Shown: positions 6,836 through 15,744, counted from the stretch's first letter. The stretch: 24,793 nucleotides of DNA from a virus (IMGVR_UViG_3300044674_002650:1-24793); one strand, 5' to 3'. Notes: generated by a model not told the origin, from the sequence alone. Program-made: numbers and translations.

Positions 6836-7223
6836 TGGCTTCCCTCACTATCATGATGAAGTCGAACCAATCGATGACCGCTTTGCAGTCGTTGGTCCGT
6901 GGAAAATCTGGGTTGATCGCGTACAGCGGCACGACGCATTGCGTTGGCTGTCGGTCAAACCTGTAGACCAGAGCGGGGATGAGCTTGTGCTCGTCAGCCG
7001 CAACGACTACCTGATCCCACCACTCTTGGTGGTACATCCCTCCCCTTGCATACCTCTTGCACTCAATCGCGAACGGCGGCACGAAGATGTCGGGCAGGCT
7101 GTTCTCCCTGTACTGATCGAGGATCCGCTTGATCGGCTCGTCCACGATCTTCCCCAGTTCAGCCCGTAGCTGGTTGACGATCTCCCTCTCGAAGTTCAGT
7201 CCCTTACGCCGCGAGTTCACCAT
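6822..7223 (-). CDS. Holliday junction resolvase, Hjc-like PD-(D/E)XK
   Basis: SRRKGLNFEREIV...PDIFV..FAIECKR..WWDQ. Confidence 0.8.
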   Translation of the reverse strand: MVNSRRKGLNFEREIVNQLRAELGKIVDEPIKRILDQYRENSLPDIFVPPFAIECKRYARGGMYHQEWWDQVVVAADEHKLIPALVYRFDRQPTQCVVPLYAINPDFPRTNDCKAVIDWFDFIMIVREAIASR

Positions 7224-7482
7224 CGCTTACCCTCCATGGCTTTTTCATCCATTCACGTCGCCAAGTCACGCACTCGTAAAGCGTGTTCTCCCTGCCGTAT
7301 TTACCCATCTCAATCGCAACTCTCAGCCTGTCTGTCTGGATGCCCAGATAGATCATCAGTCGCACCTCGTTCATCGGGATGTGCATCTTGTGGACTAGCT
7401 CTTCAGCCGTGAACGTCACCAGCCCCATCCCCATCAAGCGCTCAAGATTCATTGGCGCTTTGGTCTCTGGTTTTTTAACCAT
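7204..7482 (-). CDS. Hypothetical protein, possible winged HTH
   Basis: FTAEELVHKMHIPMNEVRLMI. Overlap-coupled in the operon. Confidence 0.55.
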   Translation of the reverse strand: MVKKPETKAPMNLERLMGMGLVTFTAEELVHKMHIPMNEVRLMIYLGIQTDRLRVAIEMGKYGRENTLYECVTWRREWMKKPWRVSDGELAA

Positions 7483-7744
7483 TTTCCCCGCCCTCTTTTT
7501 TTTCTAGCGCGACCAGCGCGAGCAGTCCGTAGTGACAGATCTTCATGATGTCGTGCTCCACATCTGCCCCCTCCTTCTTGCCCAGCCGTGACGCATACTT
7601 GATGACGCAAGCCATGGCGTGTTCGATGCCGTAGCCGTTAGCAATGATTAAGTCGATTGCCTGCAATCCGTTCTTTGCGTAATGCTCCCCGTAAGTCTTG
7701 AGCACATACGACTCAAGCTTCTTCAGTGCTTCCTTCTCCCGCAT
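7475..7744 (-). CDS. DUF3310/SaV-like (T7 gp1.7-related) protein
   Basis: HYAKNGLQAIDLI...VIKYASRLGKK..DIMKICHY. Confidence 0.7.
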   Translation of the reverse strand: MREKEALKKLESYVLKTYGEHYAKNGLQAIDLIIANGYGIEHAMACVIKYASRLGKKEGADVEHDIMKICHYGLLALVALEKKEGGENG

Positions 7745-8177
7745 TTTTAATCACCTCAAATCTCTCAATCTTGAAGACCGCAAGAGGCTCCACATCCTCC
7801 TCGTTGCGCATTTTTTCTTTGCTCCTTCCCGCCACGACGTACTCGTCAGGGGCCATCAGGTTGATCCACGCATGGGTTCCGCACTTCCAGCGCACCAGAA
7901 ATCTGGTTTGATGGTTTTGCGTTCGGAGCCAGTCGGCGAACTGCACCTTTCGTAGCGAGCACCAAACGTCGGGATACTGGCCGAACTTATGATTCCGGTT
8001 GCGGCACTCACCCCATATCACTGGCTCTCTGTTGCCCTTTCGGTGGAAAGTCACATCAAGCGTGTGGTTCTGCGGAAGCTTGAAGAAATCAAGTCCCCAC
8101 TTTTCTGAGAACACCCTCGCTATCTGCTTCTCAACCTCCCTGTCCTCGTCCGTCTCATGAAAAGTTTCTATTGGCAT
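7713..8177 (-). CDS. Putative PD-(D/E)XK nuclease-fold protein
   Basis: E..IA...LDVTF...WGECRNR, an EXK-like motif with R in place of K. Confidence 0.55.
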   Translation of the reverse strand: MPIETFHETDEDREVEKQIARVFSEKWGLDFFKLPQNHTLDVTFHRKGNREPVIWGECRNRNHKFGQYPDVWCSLRKVQFADWLRTQNHQTRFLVRWKCGTHAWINLMAPDEYVVAGRSKEKMRNEEDVEPLAVFKIERFEVIKNAGEGSTEEA

Positions 8178-8491
8178 TCCCTCTCCTCCCTGAGTTTCAT
8201 TACCAACTCCTCGACGATGAACATCAGCTCCAACTCAGGCCCGTAGCGCTCCTCGAATCGGCGCTTGTATGGATGCCTGCTGGTGAACTGTTCGATGTCA
8301 CTGCCCTGACGATGGTGGTGGTAGCAAAGGGGGATGATGTGAAAGTGCGCACCCACCTTTGTCTTACCGTCCAAGTGGTGAATTTCCGCAGGGGTTTCAC
8401 CAAGCCCCTCTCTCCGACAAACGATGCAACCCAGTGAAGCGACATCGTCCATCCACCTTTTCTCATCAGCCGTTGGAGTGCGGCCCTTCAC
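8168..8491 (-). CDS. Ref-family (recombination enhancement) HNH nuclease
   Basis: LGCIVC..PAEIHHL..IIPLCYHHHRQG..FEERYG. Confidence 0.85.
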   Translation of the reverse strand: MKGRTPTADEKRWMDDVASLGCIVCRREGLGETPAEIHHLDGKTKVGAHFHIIPLCYHHHRQGSDIEQFTSRHPYKRRFEERYGPELELMFIVEELVMKLREERECQ

Positions 8492-8730
8492 TTCTCGACT
8501 GGCCTCCCAATAACACCCTCCGTTGCGATGGCCTTCCTTCCGTGCTTCTCCAGCACTTCATTGATGGCCTCGATCAGGATCGAGTTCAGGGGCTTCTTCT
8601 GCTTCCGTGCCAAGATCTGTAGTGACTTGAGTGCCTTGGTGTTAAGCCGACACGTCACTGCTTTTCTCTCTTCCCTCATGCGTTGTATGCCCTCCGTTCT
8701 AGGCGATTGCTTGCTTTCTGCGAGCGCCAT
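8488..8730 (-). CDS. Ribbon-helix-helix DNA-binding protein
   Basis: KAVTCRLNTKALKSLQILARKQKKPLNSILIEAINEVLEKHG. Confidence 0.7.
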   Translation of the reverse strand: MALAESKQSPRTEGIQRMREERKAVTCRLNTKALKSLQILARKQKKPLNSILIEAINEVLEKHGRKAIATEGVIGRPVEK

Positions 8731-9011
8731 TGCTCGAACTCAATTTCGCAGGCTCTGAACTCAGCTTTCGCCGCCGCGAGCATTCCCTTGGCGGTACCTC
8801 TGTTGACGCGGGCGTTGTATACATCCCCCTCAAGGTCTGCGAATCTCATCTGAGCGGCGGCTGTCTTGTTCCCCTCACTCTCTGCTCTGACCATGGCCTT
8901 GGCGTACAGCATCTTCTCCATCGCCTCTGCCCGAGCGATCTCCTCCTCGGCAACGCGCATCTGCTCCCCCGCCGCTCTTATATTCATTGCAAAACGCTCT
9001 TCCTCCATCAC
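8676..9011 (-). CDS. Helical coiled-coil protein next to the helicase (possibly recombination-mediator-like)
   Basis: All-alpha A/E/R-rich sequence. GGAGG RBS and overlap with the helicase stop. Confidence 0.55.
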   Translation of the reverse strand: MMEEERFAMNIRAAGEQMRVAEEEIARAEAMEKMLYAKAMVRAESEGNKTAAAQMRFADLEGDVYNARVNRGTAKGMLAAAKAEFRACEIEFEQWRSQKASNRLERRAYNA

Positions 9012-9964
9012 CCCTCCAGTTCCGGTCTGTAAACAAACGGCTTACCGCTCTTCGTGTGGAAGGCTCTGGCATCTGTGCGCCACAGCCCTATGTTTGATTC
9101 AAAGCCAGACAGGCGTTGCTTTTTCACCATGATCGTGACGTCCGGTTGGGCCAGAAGATCAACGTCGTCATCTCGGGGGGCAGATCCGTTCTCCAGCCAG
9201 AACTGCCTGTCCTTTTTCTTCTTGTTCGACCAGCAAGCAATTACGTTCATAGCGTTATCGGCCAAGCCGCCGGACCCCTTCAGGTCATCAATCACTGGAC
9301 GCGGGTTGTCCCCGTCCGAGTGACCCGTCTTCCGCGAGTGGTGAACGAGAATCAGGTGGGCGTTGTGGGTGCGAACTAGGTTGGTCAACTCGACCACGAA
9401 GTCTCGCTCCAGATTGAGGTCATTCATGGGCATCGTGATCCTCTGGAGGCAGTCCAGCACGATCAACTTGCACCCCTGCTTCAGCATGTGATTGACCTTC
9501 GCGATAGCGGCGTGTGGCTTATCAACCATCTCGTTGATGACGTAGAGGTAATCATTCATGAGGTCCAAACATTTAGCGGCAAACGTGGACGGAGTGTCTT
9601 TCGTGCCCGCCAACTGATCGCACATCAGGCTTAACAGGTACGGGGTGTCCATCTCGTAGCTGATGTACCCCGCCTTGATCTTGTGCATGACGTAGTCGGC
9701 GACTAGATAGTTGGCGACGGTGGACTTGTAGGAGCCGCGACTGCCGAACAGGATCGTCACTTCACGCGGGCGTAGAGCGAACTTGTCGCCCTCCCTGTCC
9801 CAGAAGGGGAAGAATGCGTCCCTGTTGACGCCGTGCTGGCGGAAGTCCAGAACCTGCTCCGTGAACTCGCCTGCGCTGAAGACGTTCTGAAATCCCTCAA
9901 GCGATGAGTTGACGTCCAAGTCTTCGAGTTGCATGAACTCGCTGTCGGCTGGCTTTCTAGACAT
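9008..9964 (-). CDS. DnaB-like (SF4) replicative helicase, RecA core only
   Basis: Walker A GSRGSYKST, YISYEM, LIVLDCLQ, LVHHSRK, DDLKGSGGLADNA, KKQR. Confidence 0.88.
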   Translation of the reverse strand: MSRKPADSEFMQLEDLDVNSSLEGFQNVFSAGEFTEQVLDFRQHGVNRDAFFPFWDREGDKFALRPREVTILFGSRGSYKSTVANYLVADYVMHKIKAGYISYEMDTPYLLSLMCDQLAGTKDTPSTFAAKCLDLMNDYLYVINEMVDKPHAAIAKVNHMLKQGCKLIVLDCLQRITMPMNDLNLERDFVVELTNLVRTHNAHLILVHHSRKTGHSDGDNPRPVIDDLKGSGGLADNAMNVIACWSNKKKKDRQFWLENGSAPRDDDVDLLAQPDVTIMVKKQRLSGFESNIGLWRTDARAFHTKSGKPFVYRPELEG

Positions 9965-10622
9965 AGAGATCCTCCTCCTTCTGCTCTGGCGTGGAGACCT
10001 CGTCGAGCCAGCGCTCTTGGTTTATGTAGGTTTCTGGGTTCAGGATGTAGCGCGGATCGGGATTCCAAACGCGGGCGCGGAGATCCTTCTCAATCAAACC
10101 CAACGTGGCCATGTCGAGTCTTTCTAGCTTCTTGATGCACTTGGACTTGGCAACCTTTTTAGGGAAAAGCCTCCAGATTGCTTCGATCTTTTCCTCTTTC
10201 TGTAAGCCTGAGTCACGGCCCGTAAAGTCTTTGTCCCGTGACTGTCCCGTGACTGTCACATTCTGTTCTTTATTCTTATTTCTTAATTCTTCTTCTTTAA
10301 CGAGCTTCTCTCTTGCGCGTTGCCTTCTCTTGCGAGCGGCCCCAGTCGCATCAGAACTCTGCTTGTCTTCCCAGTTGATGATGTCCCAGTCTTCCGCGAT
10401 CAACTCCACGTCCATCAAGCGTTCCTTCACCTGCGCCATCTCGACAGGGGTGAGTCCCAGATGAACTGACAGCATCTGGTCTCGGAGCTTCGCGTTTGCT
10501 TGATCGAGCGTCCCGTCCGCCTTTGCGCACATCACGGAGATGTAGTGCCAGCGGTCCTCGAAGGACAGGATTCTTAGGCGGGGATGGTTTGCGATCTCGG
10601 GGTACAACTTGAACCACTTCAT
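9957..10622 (-). CDS. Phage replication initiator/replisome organiser
   Basis: MKWFKLYPEI..PRLRIL N-terminus, IINWEDKQ..GAARKRRQR linker, IWRLFPKKVAK..YILNPETYINQERWLDE C-terminus. The ATGA overlap sets the start at 10622. Confidence 0.8.
   Translation of the reverse strand: MKWFKLYPEIANHPRLRILSFEDRWHYISVMCAKADGTLDQANAKLRDQMLSVHLGLTPVEMAQVKERLMDVELIAEDWDIINWEDKQSSDATGAARKRRQRAREKLVKEEELRNKNKEQNVTVTGQSRDKDFTGRDSGLQKEEKIEAIWRLFPKKVAKSKCIKKLERLDMATLGLIEKDLRARVWNPDPRYILNPETYINQERWLDEVSTPEQKEEDLYV
10210..10300. repeat. Iteron-like repeats and AT-rich tract, putative replication origin
   Basis: TGTCCCGTGAC x2 (10232-10253) plus partial TGTCACA, next to a T-rich tract at 10261-10300 inside the initiator linker. 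Confidence 0.55.
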
Positions 10623-11068
10623 GCTTCGCGGCTCCAAGCGTTGGTCTTATAGAACTCCAGTGCGTTGCAGTTGAGTCGGCGTGATTCACGCTTGACTGCC
10701 GCCTGAAACTTCTCCCAGTCTTCTTTCGTGAACTGACTGCGCGGCTGATCGAGACCAATACGAACGATGAACTCGTCGTCTTCCGGCACCCAGTTCTTGG
10801 GGCGGCGGAATCCTTCGCGGTGGGTGTGCGGATCCTCTGGAAACAGGTCGCTTTCGGACATCCCCACCGATTCCATGATATCTTTCGGAGGACAGCCGTG
10901 GCTTCGGCAGATCATGATGATCGCGCCAGTGCGGCCTATTTGGACATCAAGAGAGGGGCTTTTGTCATTGTGGGCGGGACATCTTGCGCGGTATCTGTTG
11001 TCGCCTGTGCTTCGTGCGTACTCAAGTTTGGATACGAATTCTTCTAACTTTCTTAGTACCGACACCAC
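10619..11068 (-). CDS. CHC2-type zinc-finger protein (primase Zn-binding domain, no TOPRIM)
   Basis: ARCPAHNDKSPSL..ICRSHGC..DIMESVGMSESDLF. Confidence 0.8.
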   Translation of the reverse strand: MVSVLRKLEEFVSKLEYARSTGDNRYRARCPAHNDKSPSLDVQIGRTGAIIMICRSHGCPPKDIMESVGMSESDLFPEDPHTHREGFRRPKNWVPEDDEFIVRIGLDQPRSQFTKEDWEKFQAAVKRESRRLNCNALEFYKTNAWSREA

Positions 11069-11287
11069 AGCCCCCTTTTGCCATAGTTAAAACCCGATGG
11101 CACATATTAAAACGGCCTGCGCTACTTGGCAAGTGTCACCTTTTGCTGATCTGTAGTCTCGAAAACTCCCTAGTTAAACTGTAAACTGTAAGTTGACATC
11201 AGGTTTTACTGGGTGTTAAATCTAAAATGTACGGACAGGTGCCATCTGTACATTCAAAAAACTGGGCACCCAAAAGGGGAAATTAAA
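11069..11287. promoter_or_regulatory. Divergent immunity/control region
   Basis: AT-rich gap between the replication operon and the repressor. TTGACA(11193-11198)-17-TTAAAT. Inverted repeat TGCCAT-N12-ATGGCA (11079-11102). TAAACTG tandem. Confidence 0.55.
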
Positions 11288-11728
11288 ATGCCGGTGGTTG
11301 CACTTGACGACCAAGCATCAGAAATTAAAAGAGAGCAAAGGTCAGAGCGTTTTAAAGCTGTATTGAAAAGACACGGGATAGCAGAGCACGGCGCTCAGAC
11401 AGCTATTGCGAAAGAGGTAGGCGTATCAGATGCGACAGTTGCCGCATGGATGCGAGGCTCAATGCCACGGGATCCAGAAGTGTTGTTTCGTTTCTGTGAT
11501 ATCTATGACGTCGATCCCTACTGGTGGACGGGAGGCCAGTCTCGTCCTCGCGATTCTATCGACTCTGAAAAGCTAGTTCGTGCGTGCAAGGTCGTTCACA
11601 ACTACTGCGAAGCAAACGGATTAAAAGTAAGCCAAGAGCAAATGGCCTTGTTGTGTGCGAAAGCCTACGACGACCCCGCTGGCGCTCAAGCTTATTTAGA
11701 ACAGATGGCACCGTTTTTCGCCAGTTAA
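11288..11728 (+). CDS. XRE/CI-like repressor without S24 peptidase
   Basis: AQTAIAKEVGVSDATVAAWMRGSMPRDPEVLFRFCDIYDVDPYWW. AGGGG RBS before ATG 11288. Confidence 0.8.
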   Translation: MPVVALDDQASEIKREQRSERFKAVLKRHGIAEHGAQTAIAKEVGVSDATVAAWMRGSMPRDPEVLFRFCDIYDVDPYWWTGGQSRPRDSIDSEKLVRACKVVHNYCEANGLKVSQEQMALLCAKAYDDPAGAQAYLEQMAPFFAS

Positions 11729-11769
11729 AATGATATGTCGCATCAAGATACATATACCCCCATAATAAG

Positions 11770-11798
11770 TTGACACTACTATTTAGCTGTTGTTTACT
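11770..11798 (+). promoter_or_regulatory. Putative promoter of the recombination operon
   Basis: TTGACA(11770-11775)-17-TTTACT in an AT-rich gap. Confidence 0.4.
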
Positions 11799-11822
11799 CC
11801 TCTTTAACAAAGGGGGGCAAAC

Positions 11823-12470
11823 ATGCCAGCAGGTAAGAAAGAAATCTTCGAGACTCTATCGGAGATTCCGGTTAAAGATTATGTAAAACACTCGAAGGCA
11901 GAGGACGGGAAGATGCTTCCCTACCTGCCTTGGACTCACGCTCATCAGCTAATGATGGCGAACTACCCCGAGTACGAGTGGAGCTTTTCTGAGAATCCTG
12001 AAGGCCTTGAGGTGTTCTACTTCAAGGACGGTACTGCCGAGGTGCGGGTTGTGATGTCCATCGGTGACGTCACCATGATCGCGTCGAAGACCGTTACCAA
12101 CGGCACCGGCTCCGCCTACCCCAATCCCAACGCAAACGATATTCACAACGCCAAGATGCGATGCCGCACACGCGCCATGGCAGAGCTTGGCCTTGGCTGG
12201 GATCTATGGATCAGCCCAGAGAACTACCCCTACGCAGAACCTAAGAGCGTCGTTAAAGAGGCGCTAGAGAAGGCCGAGGACAGCAAGGCAGAGGAGCCTG
12301 AACAGTCTAAGGAAGACGAACTTTTCTCGCATGTGCTGGAAGCAAAGAGTGAGAAGGAGGCCCGCGCCATCTACACCAAGGTGAAGGGTGCATTTAAGTC
12401 GCGAAAGCTAGATATGGACGAACTAGAAAAGCGGTGGAGTGAGCTGAAAAAAACAAAAGGATGGAAATGA
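11823..12470 (+). CDS. Sak/Rad52-like single-strand annealing protein (DUF1071-like)
   Basis: LPYLPWTHAH..YP, GTAEVRV, DIHNAKMRCRTRAMAELGLG. Adjacent to the exonuclease and SSB genes. Confidence 0.8.
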   Translation: MPAGKKEIFETLSEIPVKDYVKHSKAEDGKMLPYLPWTHAHQLMMANYPEYEWSFSENPEGLEVFYFKDGTAEVRVVMSIGDVTMIASKTVTNGTGSAYPNPNANDIHNAKMRCRTRAMAELGLGWDLWISPENYPYAEPKSVVKEALEKAEDSKAEEPEQSKEDELFSHVLEAKSEKEARAIYTKVKGAFKSRKLDMDELEKRWSELKKTKGWK

Positions 12471-12534
12471 AAATGAAAATGAAATCATTCATTGATCAAT
12501 GGCTTGATGGATCTGGAGACTCTGGAGGGCAAGC

Positions 12535-13557
12535 ATGAGCGGCGCGGTAGAGCAAGGCTCTGCTGAATGGCTGGAGCAACGACGGGGAAAGATATCAGGG
12601 ACAGCGGTAGGCGTCCTAGAAAACTGTAATCCCTACCAGAAGCAAGACGACTTGCTACGGTCGATGGTCAGAGACCTCGCCGGAGCGCCCTCAGAATTTA
12701 AAATGAACCCCGCTGTCGAGCATGGCCATGCAATGGAATCGGTCGCGAAGCAGTGGTACGAAAAAGCGTTCAACGTAATCGTTGATGAAACGGACTTTGT
12801 CGTACACCCAATGTATGAGTTTCTTGGCGCATCACCTGATGGCCTTGTCGGACTGGATGGCGCGATAGAGATTAAGTGTCCGTACCCACGCTTCACCAAA
12901 GCACCCTACTCTGTCTTCGACGAGAAGAAGAAGATGTACCTGCGCCAGTGCCAACTGGTTATGGAAGTGTGTCAGGTGGATTGGCTGGACTTCATCTGCT
13001 ACCTCGCGCCTCACGCTGATGCCCACCCTGAGTACAACATCGAACGGTTGCACAGGGATGATCAGTGGCTTCATGAGGATATCTCAGGATCTCTCCTGCC
13101 CGTTCCAAAAGCTGGGACTATACCGAGGATTGACCTGTATGCAGAGTGGCATGAGTTCATCATCGCGGAGCATGACAGCCCGACCCGCCGCAAGAAGCAC
13201 ACCGAGTCTTCGCAAGACATTTACGAGGTGGTTCAGAGCGATGCGCTTTCAATCCTGTCTGCCGCACTGACCAAGAAGGCCAAGCTTGAATCCGAGAACT
13301 CTGAGGTGCTCGCGGAGATAGCTGTCCTCGAAAGCACGATCAACGACACCAAGAAGGTGGTCGCTGATGAATATGGGAAGAACGTGACCGACGGTGTCGC
13401 CAAGGTTCAGGTGATCAGCCGCAAGCCCACGTTTGAATACCGCAAAGCATTTGAAGCCCTCGGGGGTGACGCCGCGCTACTAGCCGGTGGTCATGACATC
13501 GATGACTTCAGATCAACGTCGAACACACGACAAATCAAAGTGAAGATTGGAGAGTAA
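12535..13557 (+). CDS. YqaJ/lambda-exonuclease family recombinase
   Basis: QGSAEWLEQRRGKISGT, HGHAME, FLGASPDGLVG..IEIKCP, YLRQCQLVM. Confidence 0.92.
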   Translation: MSGAVEQGSAEWLEQRRGKISGTAVGVLENCNPYQKQDDLLRSMVRDLAGAPSEFKMNPAVEHGHAMESVAKQWYEKAFNVIVDETDFVVHPMYEFLGASPDGLVGLDGAIEIKCPYPRFTKAPYSVFDEKKKMYLRQCQLVMEVCQVDWLDFICYLAPHADAHPEYNIERLHRDDQWLHEDISGSLLPVPKAGTIPRIDLYAEWHEFIIAEHDSPTRRKKHTESSQDIYEVVQSDALSILSAALTKKAKLESENSEVLAEIAVLESTINDTKKVVADEYGKNVTDGVAKVQVISRKPTFEYRKAFEALGGDAALLAGGHDIDDFRSTSNTRQIKVKIGE

Positions 13558-13559
13558 AA

Positions 13560-13985
13560 ATGAGTCAAGTAGTTGTGGAAGGAACCACGAACTTCAGTCA
13601 CCTGACCAAGTTCGAGGAGTACAAGGGAAAGAGCACAGAGCGATACGCTTTGACGATCACTCTTGATGACGATACCGCTGAGAAGCTGGAGTCGAAGGGT
13701 GTCAATGTTCGTGAGTACGACGGCAAAAAACAACGCAAGTTCACCTCGCAGTATGAGGTTCGCGTTGTGGATGGCGCTGGCCAGCCATTTGAGGGAGAGA
13801 TCCCATACAACTCGTCAGTCAAAGTTGCCTTCAAGTACGGCAACGCAGGCGAGCACGGCGTCCCGACCTACCTGAATGCTGTTCAGGTTGTCGAGGCGGC
13901 GAACGGTGGATTGCCCGCTGAGTTCAATGTCGCGCCTCCGCCTAAGCAGGACGACTTTGCAGAGAGTGAAGACATCCCGTTTTGA
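13560..13985 (+). CDS. ssb: Single-stranded DNA-binding protein (T7 gp2.5-like)
   Basis: RYALTITL, YLNAVQVVE, acidic tail ending EDIPF. Confidence 0.8.
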   Translation: MSQVVVEGTTNFSHLTKFEEYKGKSTERYALTITLDDDTAEKLESKGVNVREYDGKKQRKFTSQYEVRVVDGAGQPFEGEIPYNSSVKVAFKYGNAGEHGVPTYLNAVQVVEAANGGLPAEFNVAPPPKQDDFAESEDIPF

Positions 13986-13992
13986 TGACAAA

Positions 13993-14076
13993 GGCTGGGG
14001 CACTCCTTAGCGTAGCGTCGGCCTGCGCATTACTCATGATGTCCACAAGGATGTGGAGAAAAGCGTGGCCCCAGCC
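13993..14076 (+). promoter_or_regulatory. Structured leader with consensus CsrA-binding hairpin
   Basis: A 9-bp closing stem 13993-14001/14068-14076 encloses hairpin 14010-14028 and TCCACA-AGGA-TGTGGA (14042-14057). Confidence 0.65.
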
Positions 14077-14100
14077 GGTTCATAGTTGAGCACGTTAATC

Positions 14101-14520
14101 ATGAGAGCCGACACTAATTTGAAAAGCTTGACCCTTGGGAGGGGTATCGGGCAGTCCGTGTACATAGGCAGGCATATCGATCAGAAGAATCCTGCTGACA
14201 CTGCGGACGTGAGAGTGATGCTCAAGGGTATATACAAAACCACCAATGGGTGCGTTGCGCTCTTAGAGATCACTGAGGGGAAGGAGAAGGCAATGGAAAT
14301 AGCACTGGCGGACGGGCATCAGGCTCCCGTGACAGTGCAAGACGTGGAGATTTATTTCACGGGGGTGAAGCAATACGTCGTTGAGGAGACTGAGTGCCCG
14401 CGTTGCGGGTCCGAGCAGGAAGGGAAGCCAGTGAGACGTATCAATGGACTTATCAGAATTAGAGCGCCTGAGAGCGCAAAGATATCAAGAGGAAACAGGA
14501 TCGGAAAAAACGCTCGATAA
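14101..14520 (+). CDS. Divergent CsrA/RsmA-like RNA-binding protein with internal duplication and CxxC (alternative start TTG 14086)
   Basis: LTLGRGIGQSVYIG resembles CsrA LILTRRVGETLMIG. DVEIYFTGVK resembles EVTVTVLGVK. LIRIRAPESAKISR resembles VRIGVNAPKEVSVHR. Confidence 0.65.
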   Translation: MRADTNLKSLTLGRGIGQSVYIGRHIDQKNPADTADVRVMLKGIYKTTNGCVALLEITEGKEKAMEIALADGHQAPVTVQDVEIYFTGVKQYVVEETECPRCGSEQEGKPVRRINGLIRIRAPESAKISRGNRIGKNAR

Positions 14521-14842
14521 GAAAAGGGGTGCGGCTCTCAGGGTAAAGCTGAAGCACATCGATGATCTTAATCGGCAGTTTCCGGAAAAGCGGTGGGCGA
14601 CTCTGCTCAGAATGCACTTCCGCCCAGTCATTCCGGTAAGGCTGAATCCTGAGACGACAGAAATACTGCGAACGCGCAACGGGCACGGGGACGAGGTCTG
14701 GCAGGTCGGCAGTGAAGTGATAACCAAGGACGAGGCAATCTACCTCGCCGAAAAGCTTAGGGTTGAAAAGACCCCCCCTGTGTGGGGTACGATAGACGGG
14801 CGATTCGGCGACAGTTTCCTCGATGAAGAATATGGGGAGTAA
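14444..14842 (+). CDS. Hypothetical protein upstream of the integrase (start uncertain)
   Basis: Fills the gap to int and ends 2 nt before the int ATG. Confidence 0.55.
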   Translation: MDLSELERLRAQRYQEETGSEKTLDKKRGAALRVKLKHIDDLNRQFPEKRWATLLRMHFRPVIPVRLNPETTEILRTRNGHGDEVWQVGSEVITKDEAIYLAEKLRVEKTPPVWGTIDGRFGDSFLDEEYGE

Positions 14843-14844
14843 CT

Positions 14845-15735
14845 ATGAAGACGTATCGCGAAGTGGCCGAGCGCTACTTGAAGCAACCAACCAAGCGACT
14901 CAACCGACCTAAAGGTGAAGAGTGCGTCCGGTACACCGGATACGCTATTGATCGGTTCGGTGACCGTGAACTGGATGGCTTTAAGAACGCAGACGTCACG
15001 ATGTATGTCGAGGATATGCGGGAAAAGGGGTACTCGAACGGAACGATCAACACCTGCGTTCGGTATTTCCTAGCGGTCCTCAACTATGCGCAACGGGATC
15101 TGGAACTGATTCCATCTGTGCCTCACTTCGATAAGTTGCCTACCGACGTTGGCGGCAGGAGCATATCGCCGGAAGAGATCTTGGCCTTACTGGCTGAGCT
15201 TCCGAGACTGAAGGCAGTGATGATGAGGTTCGCGCTGGAGACTGGTCTCCGAGGGGCTAACGTGAAAGCCCTCCGGTGGGAGCAGGTAAACATGGACGCA
15301 CTCCAGTTGGAAATTCCTGCGGCGCTAACCAAGGCGGGTAAGATGTTGTGCCTGCCGCTGAGCGACGGTGCTGTATCGATACTGAAGTCTCGGCGGAGCG
15401 ATCAGGAGCATCTGGATAATCCAGAGTTCGTGTTCACGACAGCGCACGGCAAGCCCTATTCGCCGAAGACGAAGATGACCAATGGCTCTTGGAGGAGAGC
15501 GGTCAAACGAGCAGGACTGGAGCGTGTCACATTTCACGACATGCGGCACACATGGGCAACGCGACACACTATCGCGGGGACAGCACCGGCAGTTCTCAAG
15601 GACTTGGGTGGCTGGGCTAACCTAGAGATGGTTGAGCGGTACACGCACATGAACACTTCGGCACTGCGAATGGCTGTAAACAATGCGTCGGATAATGTGG
15701 TCGGGGATATTGCTATTGCAGATTCTGCGGCCTAA
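14845..15735 (+). CDS. int: Tyrosine recombinase/integrase
   Basis: ETGLRGAN, TKAGK, FHDMRHTWAT, LGGW, ERYTH. Adjacent to a tRNA fragment. Confidence 0.95.
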   Translation: MKTYREVAERYLKQPTKRLNRPKGEECVRYTGYAIDRFGDRELDGFKNADVTMYVEDMREKGYSNGTINTCVRYFLAVLNYAQRDLELIPSVPHFDKLPTDVGGRSISPEEILALLAELPRLKAVMMRFALETGLRGANVKALRWEQVNMDALQLEIPAALTKAGKMLCLPLSDGAVSILKSRRSDQEHLDNPEFVFTTAHGKPYSPKTKMTNGSWRRAVKRAGLERVTFHDMRHTWATRHTIAGTAPAVLKDLGGWANLEMVERYTHMNTSALRMAVNNASDNVVGDIAIADSAA

Positions 15736-15744
15736 AATCCGCGC
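15710..15744 (+). promoter_or_regulatory. Stable-RNA-type promoter upstream of the tRNA fragment
   Basis: TTGCTA(15710-15715)-17-TAAAAT(15733-15738) followed by GC discriminator CCGCGC. Confidence 0.6.
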
